A DNA stretch of 64,000 nucleotides, taken from contig OY771506.1 of assembly GCA_963674705.1 (NCBI GenBank), positions 3,200,001-3,264,000 on the forward strand, given 5' to 3'. The position numbers and the translations under genes are program-made. Below the pieces are notes generated by a model. It did no database searches and was not told the origin of the DNA. It worked only from the letters and a program-made list of their open reading frames with translations. Below are positions 31,074 through 40,173 of this stretch, piece by piece. How positions within the stretch are numbered: position 1 is the first letter of the stretch; the number at the start of each line of letters is the position of its first letter. This stretch comes from Phycisphaeraceae bacterium. GTDB taxonomy: Bacteria; Planctomycetota; Phycisphaerae; Phycisphaerales; Phycisphaeraceae.

Positions 31074-31196
31074 AAGCAGAAAATGCAGAAAACGCAGAAA
31101 AGCAGAAAATAAAATTCCTACACCCTACACCCTACACCCTACACCCTACACCCTACACCCTACACCCTACACCCTACACCCTACACCCTACACCCT
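31074..31196. repeat. 9-mer-like repeats followed by a perfect (CCTACAC)11 array
   Basis: GCAGAAAA-type units 31074-31110; 11 exact heptamers 31117-31193. Confidence 0.95.
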
Positions 31197-31201
31197 TTCC
31201 C

Positions 31202-32149
31202 ATGCTCGACCGTGAAACCATCCCGCCGCTGATTCTCGGGGCTGTGGTTGCGTTGTGCTTACATATTGCGATGGTACCGGTGTTGGGTTGGGGTATCACC
31301 AGCATCCCGAACCTGCCGGATTGGACGCCGCCGCTGGAAGAGAAGAACGTGGCTGAGCCGCAGGAGGCGGACGTCGGCAAGGCGCATGCATCGATAACCA
31401 ACATTGCCTGGATTTCTTACGACGATTACCAGGAGTTGTTAGCCAAGCACTCGATCGTTGAGCAGCCTGCGCTTCAGCGTCAGCAGGACCCTGTGCCGGA
31501 TGCACCGATCGAACTGGACCCGACGCCGCCTGCACCGGTCAGCCCTACGCCTTCGCAACCCGATGAAGATGAAACGCGGCCTGATGCGGTGACGGTTCCC
31601 GTCAGTCCGGTGGGGCCGGTGCCATTGCCTTCACCTGAAGAAGAGGGGCAGATCCCTCACGCCCCCGACGGGCTGATGCCACGCGATGCCGAGGTCGTCA
31701 TGCCGGACTCGGCTGAGCCGCAGCAGGCGGAGGATCGGCCCAAGGAAGACAAGACCGAACAACCGGGCCAACCCGGCAAGCCCGCCAAGCCGACGTCTGC
31801 GCCGCGTGATGCGGGTGAATCCCCGCCGGTTACCATCATCCCAGGCATCGTGGAGGTCAAACCCGGTACGGTGCTTACCGCTGACGGTATCGAGATCAAA
31901 ACAGTCATTCCACGCCCCTCGGTAATCGCCATATACAGCACCGTACCCAAGAATCCCGAGGCGGAGCTATGGTTCAACAAGGAGGGGCGTATCACGAAGG
32001 TTGAACTCACCCGCTCCACCGGGGCCGACAACTGGGACGACCCCGTCCGCTCCGCGCTGGAGCAGTGGACCGCGACGGGTGAGCGGATCGAAGAACTCGA
32101 AGGCGAACTCAAACTTACCGTGAAGCTGTTACTCACATCACACGAATGA
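31202..32149 (+). CDS. TonB-like energy transducer (TM helix with His, Pro-rich linker, C-terminal domain)
   Basis: ALCLHIA TM, Pro-rich linker, EGRITKVELTRSTG...WD; follows exbD. Confidence 0.62.
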   Translation: MLDRETIPPLILGAVVALCLHIAMVPVLGWGITSIPNLPDWTPPLEEKNVAEPQEADVGKAHASITNIAWISYDDYQELLAKHSIVEQPALQRQQDPVPDAPIELDPTPPAPVSPTPSQPDEDETRPDAVTVPVSPVGPVPLPSPEEEGQIPHAPDGLMPRDAEVVMPDSAEPQQAEDRPKEDKTEQPGQPGKPAKPTSAPRDAGESPPVTIIPGIVEVKPGTVLTADGIEIKTVIPRPSVIAIYSTVPKNPEAELWFNKEGRITKVELTRSTGADNWDDPVRSALEQWTATGERIEELEGELKLTVKLLLTSHE

Positions 32150-32170
32150 ATCGTTTGTTTTTGTACGTGT

Positions 32171-32542
32171 ATGACACCCATCCAACGCAAACGAACAAAG
32201 CTCATAATAACCGGGGGGATTCTGTATACGGCGACGTTAACAGTATCAGGATTCCTGGCCATCCTGCCGCCATTTGTAGCGGGTGTGTATCCCTACATTT
32301 TTATGAACGGGATGAATGAGACAGGCATCTTCCTGTACATGGGGTTTGGCGTGCTGATCGGTTTGGGCTCGCTTCTGATCGGCGTCCTGTGGGTTTCAAA
32401 GTTCATTGCTTCACATTGGAAGCTGGCCGAATACGATTGCCGAGCATGCGGCTATGATTTACGGGGAAGCCTCGACTCTGAAAGCAAGGCCTGCCCCGAA
32501 TGTGGTGCAACGTTCAACCAGACGATAGTTAAGGCGAAGTAA
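32171..32542 (+). CDS. Two-TM membrane protein with C-terminal zinc ribbon
   Basis: CRACGYDLRGSLDSESKACPECG after two hydrophobic helices. Confidence 0.8.
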   Translation: MTPIQRKRTKLIITGGILYTATLTVSGFLAILPPFVAGVYPYIFMNGMNETGIFLYMGFGVLIGLGSLLIGVLWVSKFIASHWKLAEYDCRACGYDLRGSLDSESKACPECGATFNQTIVKAK

Positions 32543-32896
32543 ATGCAGCGACAAGAAGACGGTGGGATCGTAATCTCTTGCGACTTTTGCGGGACCGACT
32601 GGGATGAAGTGATCCCCATGATCGAAGGGCACCGGGGCTCGGTGCTGTGCTTATCCTGCCTCAAGACCGCACTCGATCATAATCAACCTGCAAGTGAAGC
32701 ATTCGACTGCACGTTGTGCCTTAGCCACAAACCTGCTGAGATGAAGCGTTGGATTCACCCGCAGCCACAACCATCACCGGGGCTGAATCCCGAAGCCATG
32801 CTCTGCTGGGACTGCATACGACTAGCGGCCAAGGGATTCCACAAGGACGCGGAAGTTGACTTCCGCTGGGATTCCTCGAAGTACCCGCCCGACTAA
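32543..32896 (+). CDS. Small protein with tandem ClpX-like C4 zinc fingers
   Basis: CDFC...CLSC and CTLC...CWDC. Confidence 0.7.
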   Translation: MQRQEDGGIVISCDFCGTDWDEVIPMIEGHRGSVLCLSCLKTALDHNQPASEAFDCTLCLSHKPAEMKRWIHPQPQPSPGLNPEAMLCWDCIRLAAKGFHKDAEVDFRWDSSKYPPD

Positions 32897-32956
32897 AAAT
32901 GTGGCTTTCACACGCTGGATTTCGGCGATCTGATTCTGTTGCGACATCACGCAACA

Positions 32957-34234
32957 TCATTCGTAAAGTCGTTCCTCGATCTGCTCCGCTAAACGCAGTG
33001 CCGCTTCATAGCGCGGGTTCAACGCAAGCGCCTGGTCGTTGTAGACGTTGGCCTCGGTCGGATCGTTCAGCAGGAAGTGACAGACCGCCAAGTGGTGCTG
33101 AGCGTCGGCCCGTTGCGGATAATCGCGTGTGACTGCATCGAGGGTGTTAACCGCCTGCTTGAGCAGCTTCTGCATCGTGCTCTGGCCGGGATAATCCGGC
33201 AGTGCTTCACTGAGCCCTTCCTCCATCGCCAGTGCCGCCGCGGCATGCTGCCAACACATCGCCAACATCTGCTGACGCTGCCGGCTGCCGGTAATGCTGT
33301 TCAATTTATCCAGCGCGCGGTTCGCCAGTTTAGTCCGTGCACAAGTGCGTGAAAATACAGCCAGTGCAGCCCAGGCTTTGACGGATTGCTTGGAGACGCG
33401 AATCGACTTCCATGCGCTCAACGCTGCGGTGTCAAACCGACCGGCATGGGCGTGGGCAAACGCCAAGGCTTCATAAGCTTCACCACGGTATTCACTATCA
33501 ATCGAAGCAGCCTTTTCCAGCCGTTCGATGGCGACTTCGTCCGCCCCCATCTCGTCTGCTAGCCGGCCTGCTTCCAGAAGTAGACCCGGATCGTCCGGGC
33601 AACTGTTCAGGATCGTACGGTACAACTCATCCGCATCAGCCAGTCGATCCAACTCCCTGCATTGCCTGGCTGCACGCAGCAGCACACTCGGCTCCTGTGT
33701 GTCGGGTTTACTGGTAAGCAGCAGGTCCAGGCCTTCCTGTGGATCGCGCTGCTGTAGTAACTCAGAGAGCAGTCGCCCGGCCGCCTGATCCGAAGGGGAC
33801 AGCCTTACGACGTTGCGCAAGGTGTTGATCGCTTCGTTGAATTCCTTGAGCTTGACGTGCAGACCAGACAGCATCCGGTAGGGGCGCACATCATCCGGCA
33901 ATTGCTCTGCAAGCTTGCGCAGTTGTGTCTCAGCGATACGGTCAAAGCCACTTGCGCTTAGTGCCTCAGCCCGCAGCATCGCCACTTCAGGCGTTTCCGC
34001 ATGCTGGGGCGCTATTTTCTCGTGCGCGCGCAGTGCCGACATCGCCAGGTTCGGGCGGTTCTGTTTCAGATAGATACCTGCCTGCAACACGCGTGCAGCG
34101 ACGTTTTGAGGATCAAGCTCGATCGCACGGCGGATATGACTTAGCGCTTGGTCGTACTGCTTGCAGTGATACGCGGCCTTGGCCAGGTCCAGCCGATCCA
34201 TCGCTTGCTGTTGTTTGTGGATGTTGATACTCAT
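32957..34234 (-). CDS. Tetratricopeptide repeat protein
   Basis: Repeated AxxLxP helical units (AIELDP, VVRLSP, ALALNP). Confidence 0.85.
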   Translation of the reverse strand: MSINIHKQQQAMDRLDLAKAAYHCKQYDQALSHIRRAIELDPQNVAARVLQAGIYLKQNRPNLAMSALRAHEKIAPQHAETPEVAMLRAEALSASGFDRIAETQLRKLAEQLPDDVRPYRMLSGLHVKLKEFNEAINTLRNVVRLSPSDQAAGRLLSELLQQRDPQEGLDLLLTSKPDTQEPSVLLRAARQCRELDRLADADELYRTILNSCPDDPGLLLEAGRLADEMGADEVAIERLEKAASIDSEYRGEAYEALAFAHAHAGRFDTAALSAWKSIRVSKQSVKAWAALAVFSRTCARTKLANRALDKLNSITGSRQRQQMLAMCWQHAAAALAMEEGLSEALPDYPGQSTMQKLLKQAVNTLDAVTRDYPQRADAQHHLAVCHFLLNDPTEANVYNDQALALNPRYEAALRLAEQIEERLYE

Positions 34235-35163
34235 GCCGCGATCTCCTTACGCAGCGCCAGCGCGTGTGGCGAATAAGGCTCACGCTCCAGCCAATCGCGC
34301 AGCCGTTCACGGGCTTCGTCCAGCCGACCCTCAGCGGTTTCTCTGCGGATCAATGCCGACTGCACATCGGGATAGTCCGGGTACTGGGTCGCGACGCACA
34401 GCAAAACCGTGCGCGGCGGCAGTGTGGTTCGGCCGTCGTCACGCAGACGGTCGATCAGCAGGGCAAGTGATGCACAGTAAGGGTCTTCTTCCAGGCCGCG
34501 GTGCGCCCAACGTTGAGCCTGCGCATGATCGCCGGCCAGCACGGCTAACTCCGCCATGGCTTGACAGACCATCGTCATCTGGTGCGGATCATTCTCGAAA
34601 AGCGGGATGATCTTTCGGATCGCCTGACGCAGCAGGTTCACCGTCGTCAGGTCGCGTTTGTGCTTCTGAGCATAAACCAACGTCTGGATGGCCTTGGGCT
34701 CTTGAGCCAGTTCATTGGCTAATTCATCGACGGGGGCGTGGCGCTGGCCACTAAGGTTCTGCGAGCCCGGTGCACTCATCTCGTAGAGCCAGTTGGAAGC
34801 ATCGCGGCCGAACACTTCCTGATACGCCTTACCCAACGCCTCGGCCTCAACGATACTTCCCAGCGAAACAAGCACACTGATTGTCAGCTTGATCTGGCTC
34901 GGACTGCATTGCTCGATCGATTTGGGTGTTACGTGACGTAAGACAACATTTGCATCGTTGTGCCGGCCACGGCGCGCAAGTAAGGCCGCGAGCACGACCT
35001 TGATGTAGGGCGGGCAGCCCGCACGACGGTACACGCTGTGCAACTCAAGCTCTGCTCCCGCGCACTGGCCGGTAAGGCACATCTCGCGTACACGTTTGAG
35101 CAGATTCACATAGTCTTCGTTAACACTCATCCCTCGTTCCCTATCGCTGCTTGGTTTTCCCAT
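34231..35163 (-). CDS. TPR-like helical protein ending in -EIAA
   Basis: Helical repeats (GLEEDP, YPDYPD, WLEREP); stop overlaps the next start. Confidence 0.7.
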   Translation of the reverse strand: MGKPSSDRERGMSVNEDYVNLLKRVREMCLTGQCAGAELELHSVYRRAGCPPYIKVVLAALLARRGRHNDANVVLRHVTPKSIEQCSPSQIKLTISVLVSLGSIVEAEALGKAYQEVFGRDASNWLYEMSAPGSQNLSGQRHAPVDELANELAQEPKAIQTLVYAQKHKRDLTTVNLLRQAIRKIIPLFENDPHQMTMVCQAMAELAVLAGDHAQAQRWAHRGLEEDPYCASLALLIDRLRDDGRTTLPPRTVLLCVATQYPDYPDVQSALIRRETAEGRLDEARERLRDWLEREPYSPHALALRKEIAA

Positions 35164-35209
35164 GGTGGCATAGCAAAGCGGACCGGCAATAACACGGTCT
35201 AGCGATCGG

Positions 35210-35289
35210 ATCGGCTGTTATGTCTGGGAGGTTTAGATGAGATAGTGGATTGGTGCGGATTACCGGGCTGGTTGGTGCAGGTTATCTGG
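35210..35289 (-). promoter_or_regulatory. sigma28-like promoter with upstream CCGGTAATC motif
   Basis: CTAAAC-N15-GCCGAT; GATTACCGG at 35258-35266 also occurs at 24587-24595. Confidence 0.5.
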
Positions 35290-35299
35290 ACCTTAAGTT

Positions 35300-35785
35300 T
35301 CAAGTGGTTTGAGAAAAGGTTAACCTCACCACCACTTCTCCGTCTCTGATCTCACCGGTAGGCACAAAGCCATGCTTCCTGTAGAACGATCCGGCGGAAT
35401 CGTTGTCAGGTTTATACATCAGGTATATGTCCCTGCTATCAGGTAGCTTTTGAATATGATCGATGACAAGTTTTATGGCTTCGCTGCCATAGCCTTTGCT
35501 TTGGTATTTGCCATCGATCATCAGGTGCCAGAGATAGTATGTCACCCGGCCATCGATCGCGTGCATATGCTCCGGCTCAGCGATGAACAGCATCACGAGT
35601 CCGACCACGTCATGCCCGGCACAGATCGCACGCACCCACGCATTCTTTCGATGAACATAGGCTTCTGATAACGCATAAGCGTTGTCGTCAATCAGTTGAG
35701 TTTGATCCGGAAGCACCTTCAACGCCACAACGTCAGCGACATTGTCCTGGGTGAGTTCACACAACCTGACCTTCTGCGGTTCCAT
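35300..35785 (-). CDS. GNAT N-acetyltransferase (spermidine acetyltransferase/BltD-like)
   Basis: LMIDGKYQSKGYG, N..A..FY..GF. Confidence 0.85.
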   Translation of the reverse strand: MEPQKVRLCELTQDNVADVVALKVLPDQTQLIDDNAYALSEAYVHRKNAWVRAICAGHDVVGLVMLFIAEPEHMHAIDGRVTYYLWHLMIDGKYQSKGYGSEAIKLVIDHIQKLPDSRDIYLMYKPDNDSAGSFYRKHGFVPTGEIRDGEVVVRLTFSQTT

Positions 35786-35807
35786 ATTGATGAATGAAAC
35801 GGATCGC

Positions 35808-36935
35808 TCAACCCAAAACAACAAGGTTGTCCTTATGGATCACCTCATCGTAGGCGGCGTTACCGAGCAGTTTCTCGAACTGGCTGGAGCGTTTACCCAT
35901 GATCAGTCGCAGCTCTTCAGCGCTGTAGTTGGTCAGGCCGCGCGCCAGTTCTTTGCCGGTTTCTGATCGGACCAGCAATACATCACCCCGCTCGAATCGG
36001 CCGGTGATCTGCGTGATGCCTGTCGCCAGCAGGCTCTTGTGGCGTTCGCAAATGGCTTTGGCGGCGCCGTCATCGATCTGGATCGTGCCCGACGGACGGG
36101 CGGTCAGGGCGATCCAGCGTTGTCGGCTGTCCATCTTACGTACCGCAGGCATGCAGACAGTGCCTAACCGTTCACCGGAAAGAATACGTGTGATCACATC
36201 TGGTTCCCTGCCCGATGCGATCACCGTCACTTCACCGGCATCCATGACCAATTTGGCGGATTCAAGTTTGGTGCTCATCCCGCCCCGGCCCCATTTGCTC
36301 TTGCCGGATCGGCTCAGCCCCTGGAACGCAGCCATATCGTCGATCAGATCGATGACTTTGCCGTCTTCATCAAGCAAACCGTCCACAGCCGTCAGCAGCA
36401 GCAGGGCGTCGGCCCGAAGAGCGTTGGTCGTCATCGCCGCCAGCAGGTCGTTATCGCCGAACCGCAACTCCTCAACCGCGACCGTGTCGTTCTCATTCAA
36501 GATCGGGATGCAGTCCAGCTCGTGCAGCTTGTTTACGCAGTTGCGGATATTTAGAAACCGCACGCGGTCGTCGAAGTCGGTCCGTGTCAGGACCACCTGT
36601 CCGACAGACATCTTGTATTTAATAAAAGCTTTGTGCCATTCGGTCATCAACTGGCGCTGGCCGACAGCCGCGACCGCCTGCAATTCCGCCAGGTCTGTCG
36701 GACGTTTTTCAATACCCAGGCTAACGCACCCCGCACCCACCGCACCGCTGGAAACCAGCGTGACCTGTCGGCCTTCCTTGCGCAGACCAACAATCTGCTT
36801 GGTAATCCGACGGATAAACGCCGCGTCCAGGCTCGGTTTGTCGCCGTCCTCGACGGTCAATAGCTGCGTGCCGATTTTCACGACCACGTTGCGGGCTTCT
36901 GTCAGCACGGTTTGTCGAAGTTCAGTGGAAGGCAT
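35808..36935 (-). CDS. proB: Glutamate 5-kinase with PUA domain
   Basis: VVKIG, VSSGAV, AAVGQ, NENDTV, FGDND, GGMSTK, IDDGA. Confidence 0.96.
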   Translation of the reverse strand: MPSTELRQTVLTEARNVVVKIGTQLLTVEDGDKPSLDAAFIRRITKQIVGLRKEGRQVTLVSSGAVGAGCVSLGIEKRPTDLAELQAVAAVGQRQLMTEWHKAFIKYKMSVGQVVLTRTDFDDRVRFLNIRNCVNKLHELDCIPILNENDTVAVEELRFGDNDLLAAMTTNALRADALLLLTAVDGLLDEDGKVIDLIDDMAAFQGLSRSGKSKWGRGGMSTKLESAKLVMDAGEVTVIASGREPDVITRILSGERLGTVCMPAVRKMDSRQRWIALTARPSGTIQIDDGAAKAICERHKSLLATGITQITGRFERGDVLLVRSETGKELARGLTNYSAEELRLIMGKRSSQFEKLLGNAAYDEVIHKDNLVVLG

Positions 36936-36940
36936 ACGGA

Positions 36941-36961
36941 TTAGTGGTTAGTGGTTAGTGG
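36941..36961. repeat. Heptamer repeat (TTAGTGG)3
   Basis: Three exact units immediately upstream of the proB start. Confidence 0.8.
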
Positions 36962-37055
36962 CTGGTTATTCTAGCTAACGACGAAAGGTTTTCTCCTCCC
37001 AATGCCGGTCCTGAGCGAAGCGATGGTCCGGGTATCTTAGGTCTCCTTCTACCCG

Positions 37056-38357
37056 TTATCGCTCAATCCGCGAACAACTCAGCCCCGGGCTCCACAGGAA
37101 CTTATTCAACACGGACGCGTGCCGTTTTGTTGAGCCTTGGCGTGACAGGATAACCTCGCGGCCGCACTTAGCCAGTTCCTCACGTTTCTGGTTGTTATTC
37201 AACAGATCACTGATCGTTTCACCGGGTTTGTCCGTGACGATGATCCCGCCGCCTTGCTTAAGGGCAGCGACCGCATCGGCAAAGTTATGATGGTCCGGGC
37301 CGATCAGGGTGGGCTTACCCAGGGCGACCGGCTCGATCGGGTCCGACCCGCCCCAGCCGTTGAAACTTCGTCCAACGATCACGACATCCGCCAGGCTGTA
37401 AGCCTTACCCAGTTCGCCCATCGTATCCAGCAGGAAAAGCCGCTTGCCCGGGCCGACGGAATCCGGCCTCGTGCGTCTGACAAAGTCATCCGACAGGGCG
37501 GCAACCTCCTCGAAACGTTCCGGTTTGCGCGGCACCAGTACTAGTTGCACATCCTGCGGGCACGCATCGATCAGCATTTTTTCTTCATCCGTGCCGGTCG
37601 AGCCTGCGACGACCAGCGGTCGACTTCGGTCGATCCCCAGTTCTCGAGCCAGGTCTTCAGCACCATCAATGTGATCGATGATCTTCGCAGCGTCCCACTT
37701 CATCGTATCCAGCACATGCACCCGACCGGCTGGAACGCCCATGTACTTGAACCGCTTGGCATAATCCTCGGTCTGTACGCATGCTGCTGACAACGATGCA
37801 AACATCCTGCGGAGTATCGGGCGGAATCGTTTGTAGCCACGGAAGCTGTTGGTGCTCAGTCGGCCATTGATTACCACAACAGGGATCCTACGTTTTGCAC
37901 AGGCCTGTGTGAAGTTCGGCCAGACTTCCAACTCTGTTAATGCTACAAGATTTGGACCCACTCTATCCAAAAATCTGCTAACCGCTCCACTGAAATCAAA
38001 TGGATAACGCACTACTTCATGCCGATCCCCATAGAGTTGGATCGCTCGCGCATATCCAGTGTTCGTTGTCGTGCTGATAACCACCCGCAAGTTAGGATAA
38101 GTATAATTCTCGTCAAAGTACTCGACCAAAGGTTTGATCAGACTAACCTCCCCAACAGATACGGCATGGATGAGAATGCATCCCTGCTCGCCCGGGCCCT
38201 GCTGCATTGCTCTAGATGCGGGAGACTCATATCCGAACCGGCCCCGCCAGTCGGTACGCCACTTGCCTGTGCGCAGCAGCGAATAGCCCCAGAACGGACT
38301 GCTAAGCACTGCCCCCACGAGATACACTACGTCCAACGCTTTACCCATGCCAGACAT
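37056..38357 (-). CDS. waaA: Kdo transferase
   Basis: HAVSVGE, ELEVWPN, NGRLS, AGST, VPRKPERF, DTMGEL. Confidence 0.92.
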   Translation of the reverse strand: MSGMGKALDVVYLVGAVLSSPFWGYSLLRTGKWRTDWRGRFGYESPASRAMQQGPGEQGCILIHAVSVGEVSLIKPLVEYFDENYTYPNLRVVISTTTNTGYARAIQLYGDRHEVVRYPFDFSGAVSRFLDRVGPNLVALTELEVWPNFTQACAKRRIPVVVINGRLSTNSFRGYKRFRPILRRMFASLSAACVQTEDYAKRFKYMGVPAGRVHVLDTMKWDAAKIIDHIDGAEDLARELGIDRSRPLVVAGSTGTDEEKMLIDACPQDVQLVLVPRKPERFEEVAALSDDFVRRTRPDSVGPGKRLFLLDTMGELGKAYSLADVVIVGRSFNGWGGSDPIEPVALGKPTLIGPDHHNFADAVAALKQGGGIIVTDKPGETISDLLNNNQKREELAKCGREVILSRQGSTKRHASVLNKFLWSPGLSCSRIER

Positions 38358-38490
38358 TCTAATTCAAATGACGCGTCATGATGCTGCCCACCCCAGTTTA
38401 GCGCCGCAGCTTGCTGCGGCATGGGGCAGCAAGCTACCCCGCTAAACGGCGGATTGTGCGTATGCCGCCTCGAACCCGTACAATCCCCGC

Positions 38491-40089
38491 ATGGCAAACA
38501 AGTTCTACGTCAGCACGCCGATCTACTACGTCAACGATCGGCCCCACATCGGCCACGTGTACACGACATGTGTCGCCGACGTCGTCGCACGCTATCACCG
38601 CCTGCTCGGGGATGACACCTTCTTCCTGACCGGCACGGACGAGCACGCCGCCAAGGTCGTGGATTCCGCCGCCGCCAACGGCGTGACGCCCATCGAATGG
38701 GCCGACCGCAACGCCAAGGCCTTCCAGGACACCTTCACCCGGCTTGGCTTTTCGCATAACGACTTCATCCGCACCACCCAGGACCGCCACAAGAGCCGGG
38801 TCGAAACCTACGTCAAGCAACTGATGGACTGCGGTGACGTCTACCTCGGTGAATATGAGGGGTGGTACGACGCCGGGCAAGAGGAGTACGTTCCGGAGAA
38901 TAAGGCCAAGGAATACGACTACAAGTCCCCGATCAACGGCAAACCCCTGGTCCGCAAGGCCGAGAAGAACTACTTCTTCCGGCTCAGCGCCTACAGCGAT
39001 GCGCTACTGCAACTGCTCGGTTCCGGCGAAGTTTTTGATGTCAAGCCGGCCGCACGCAAGAACGAAGTCATCGCCCGAATCCGTGAGGGGCTCAACGATG
39101 TGCCGATCTCCCGTACGGGTAGCGGCGACTGGGGCATTAAAGTGCCCGGCGATAATGAGCACACCATCTACGTCTGGATCGACGCTCTGATCAATTACCT
39201 TAGCACGGTCGATACCGATGAGCGGCGTCAGTATTGGCCCGCCGATGTCCACTTCATCGCCAAGGACATCCTCTGGTTCCACGCCGTCATCTGGCCGGCC
39301 ATGTTGGCGTCATTGGCCAAGCAGCCTGAGTATTCGTGGGTCAAGCTGCCGCGGCTGGTTTACGCTCACAGCTTCTGGATTTCTGAAGGCCAGAAGATGA
39401 GTAAATCCCTCGGCAACTTCATCGACCTCGAAAAGATCGACCACTACGTCGAAGTGTTCGGCCTTGATGCCCTGCGCTACTTCCTTGCGACGCAAGGCCC
39501 GATGGGAACGACCGACTCCGACTTTGCCGAATCGAAGTTCATCGAGACTTACAACACCGACCTCGCCAACACACTCGGCAACTGTTTCAGCCGCGTGTCC
39601 AACATGACCAGCCGATACTTTGAGGGCAAACTGCCCGAACCGGGCGAAGAGCCTGAGTCGGCCGCCAAGGTCGAGCATGACCGTGTTGCTGAGAAGGGTG
39701 TCCGCGAATACCGCAAAGCGATGGAAGACCTGGACCTTGCCAAAGCGGCCGAAGCCGCGATGAGTATCGTCCGTGCGGTCGACAGCTACATCGAGGCGAC
39801 CCAGCCGTTCAAGATGGCCAAGCAGGAAAGCGAACTACCCAAGGTCGGCACGGTGCTTTACAACTGCGCCGAAGCGCTGCGTGTCGCATCGGTCTTGCTC
39901 TGGCCCTTCCTGCCGGAAAAGTGCGAACAGCTTTGGCAACGAACCGGCTGCGGCCAATACGCCGAAGCACTGGCTGATAAGGGAACCGGCGACCTGGAGG
40001 CCTGGGCTCAATGGGGTCAATCCAAACCCGGTTCAGCGCTGCAGAAGAGCGACCCACTCTTCCCACGCTACCAGCCACCGAAGGCATAG
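38491..40089 (+). CDS. metG: Methionine-tRNA ligase, short form
   Basis: PIYYVN.PHIGH, GTDEH, YVWIDAL, KDILWFH, KMSKS. Confidence 0.95.
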   Translation: MANKFYVSTPIYYVNDRPHIGHVYTTCVADVVARYHRLLGDDTFFLTGTDEHAAKVVDSAAANGVTPIEWADRNAKAFQDTFTRLGFSHNDFIRTTQDRHKSRVETYVKQLMDCGDVYLGEYEGWYDAGQEEYVPENKAKEYDYKSPINGKPLVRKAEKNYFFRLSAYSDALLQLLGSGEVFDVKPAARKNEVIARIREGLNDVPISRTGSGDWGIKVPGDNEHTIYVWIDALINYLSTVDTDERRQYWPADVHFIAKDILWFHAVIWPAMLASLAKQPEYSWVKLPRLVYAHSFWISEGQKMSKSLGNFIDLEKIDHYVEVFGLDALRYFLATQGPMGTTDSDFAESKFIETYNTDLANTLGNCFSRVSNMTSRYFEGKLPEPGEEPESAAKVEHDRVAEKGVREYRKAMEDLDLAKAAEAAMSIVRAVDSYIEATQPFKMAKQESELPKVGTVLYNCAEALRVASVLLWPFLPEKCEQLWQRTGCGQYAEALADKGTGDLEAWAQWGQSKPGSALQKSDPLFPRYQPPKA

Positions 40090-40091
40090 AG

Positions 40092-40166
40092 TTAGCCACA
40101 AATAAACGCCAATCAACGCGAATAAAGCCATCCTATTCGCGTCTATTTGCGTTCATTCGCGGCTAA
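40092..40166. repeat. Palindrome with 9-nt internal periodicity between convergent metG and nth
   Basis: TTAGCCACAAATAAACGCCAATCAACGCGAATA / TATTCGCGTCTATTTGCGTTCATTCGCGGCTAA. Confidence 0.85.
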
Positions 40167-40173
40167 TTTGTAT

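Noticed and set aside
31117..31196. CRISPR array
   Set aside because: Contiguous 7-mers with no spacers and no cas genes
35929..36951. 340-aa plus-strand ORF, and similar antisense ORFs over guaA, GH130 and the CCA-family gene
   Set aside because: Opposite well-supported genes and without recognisable motifs
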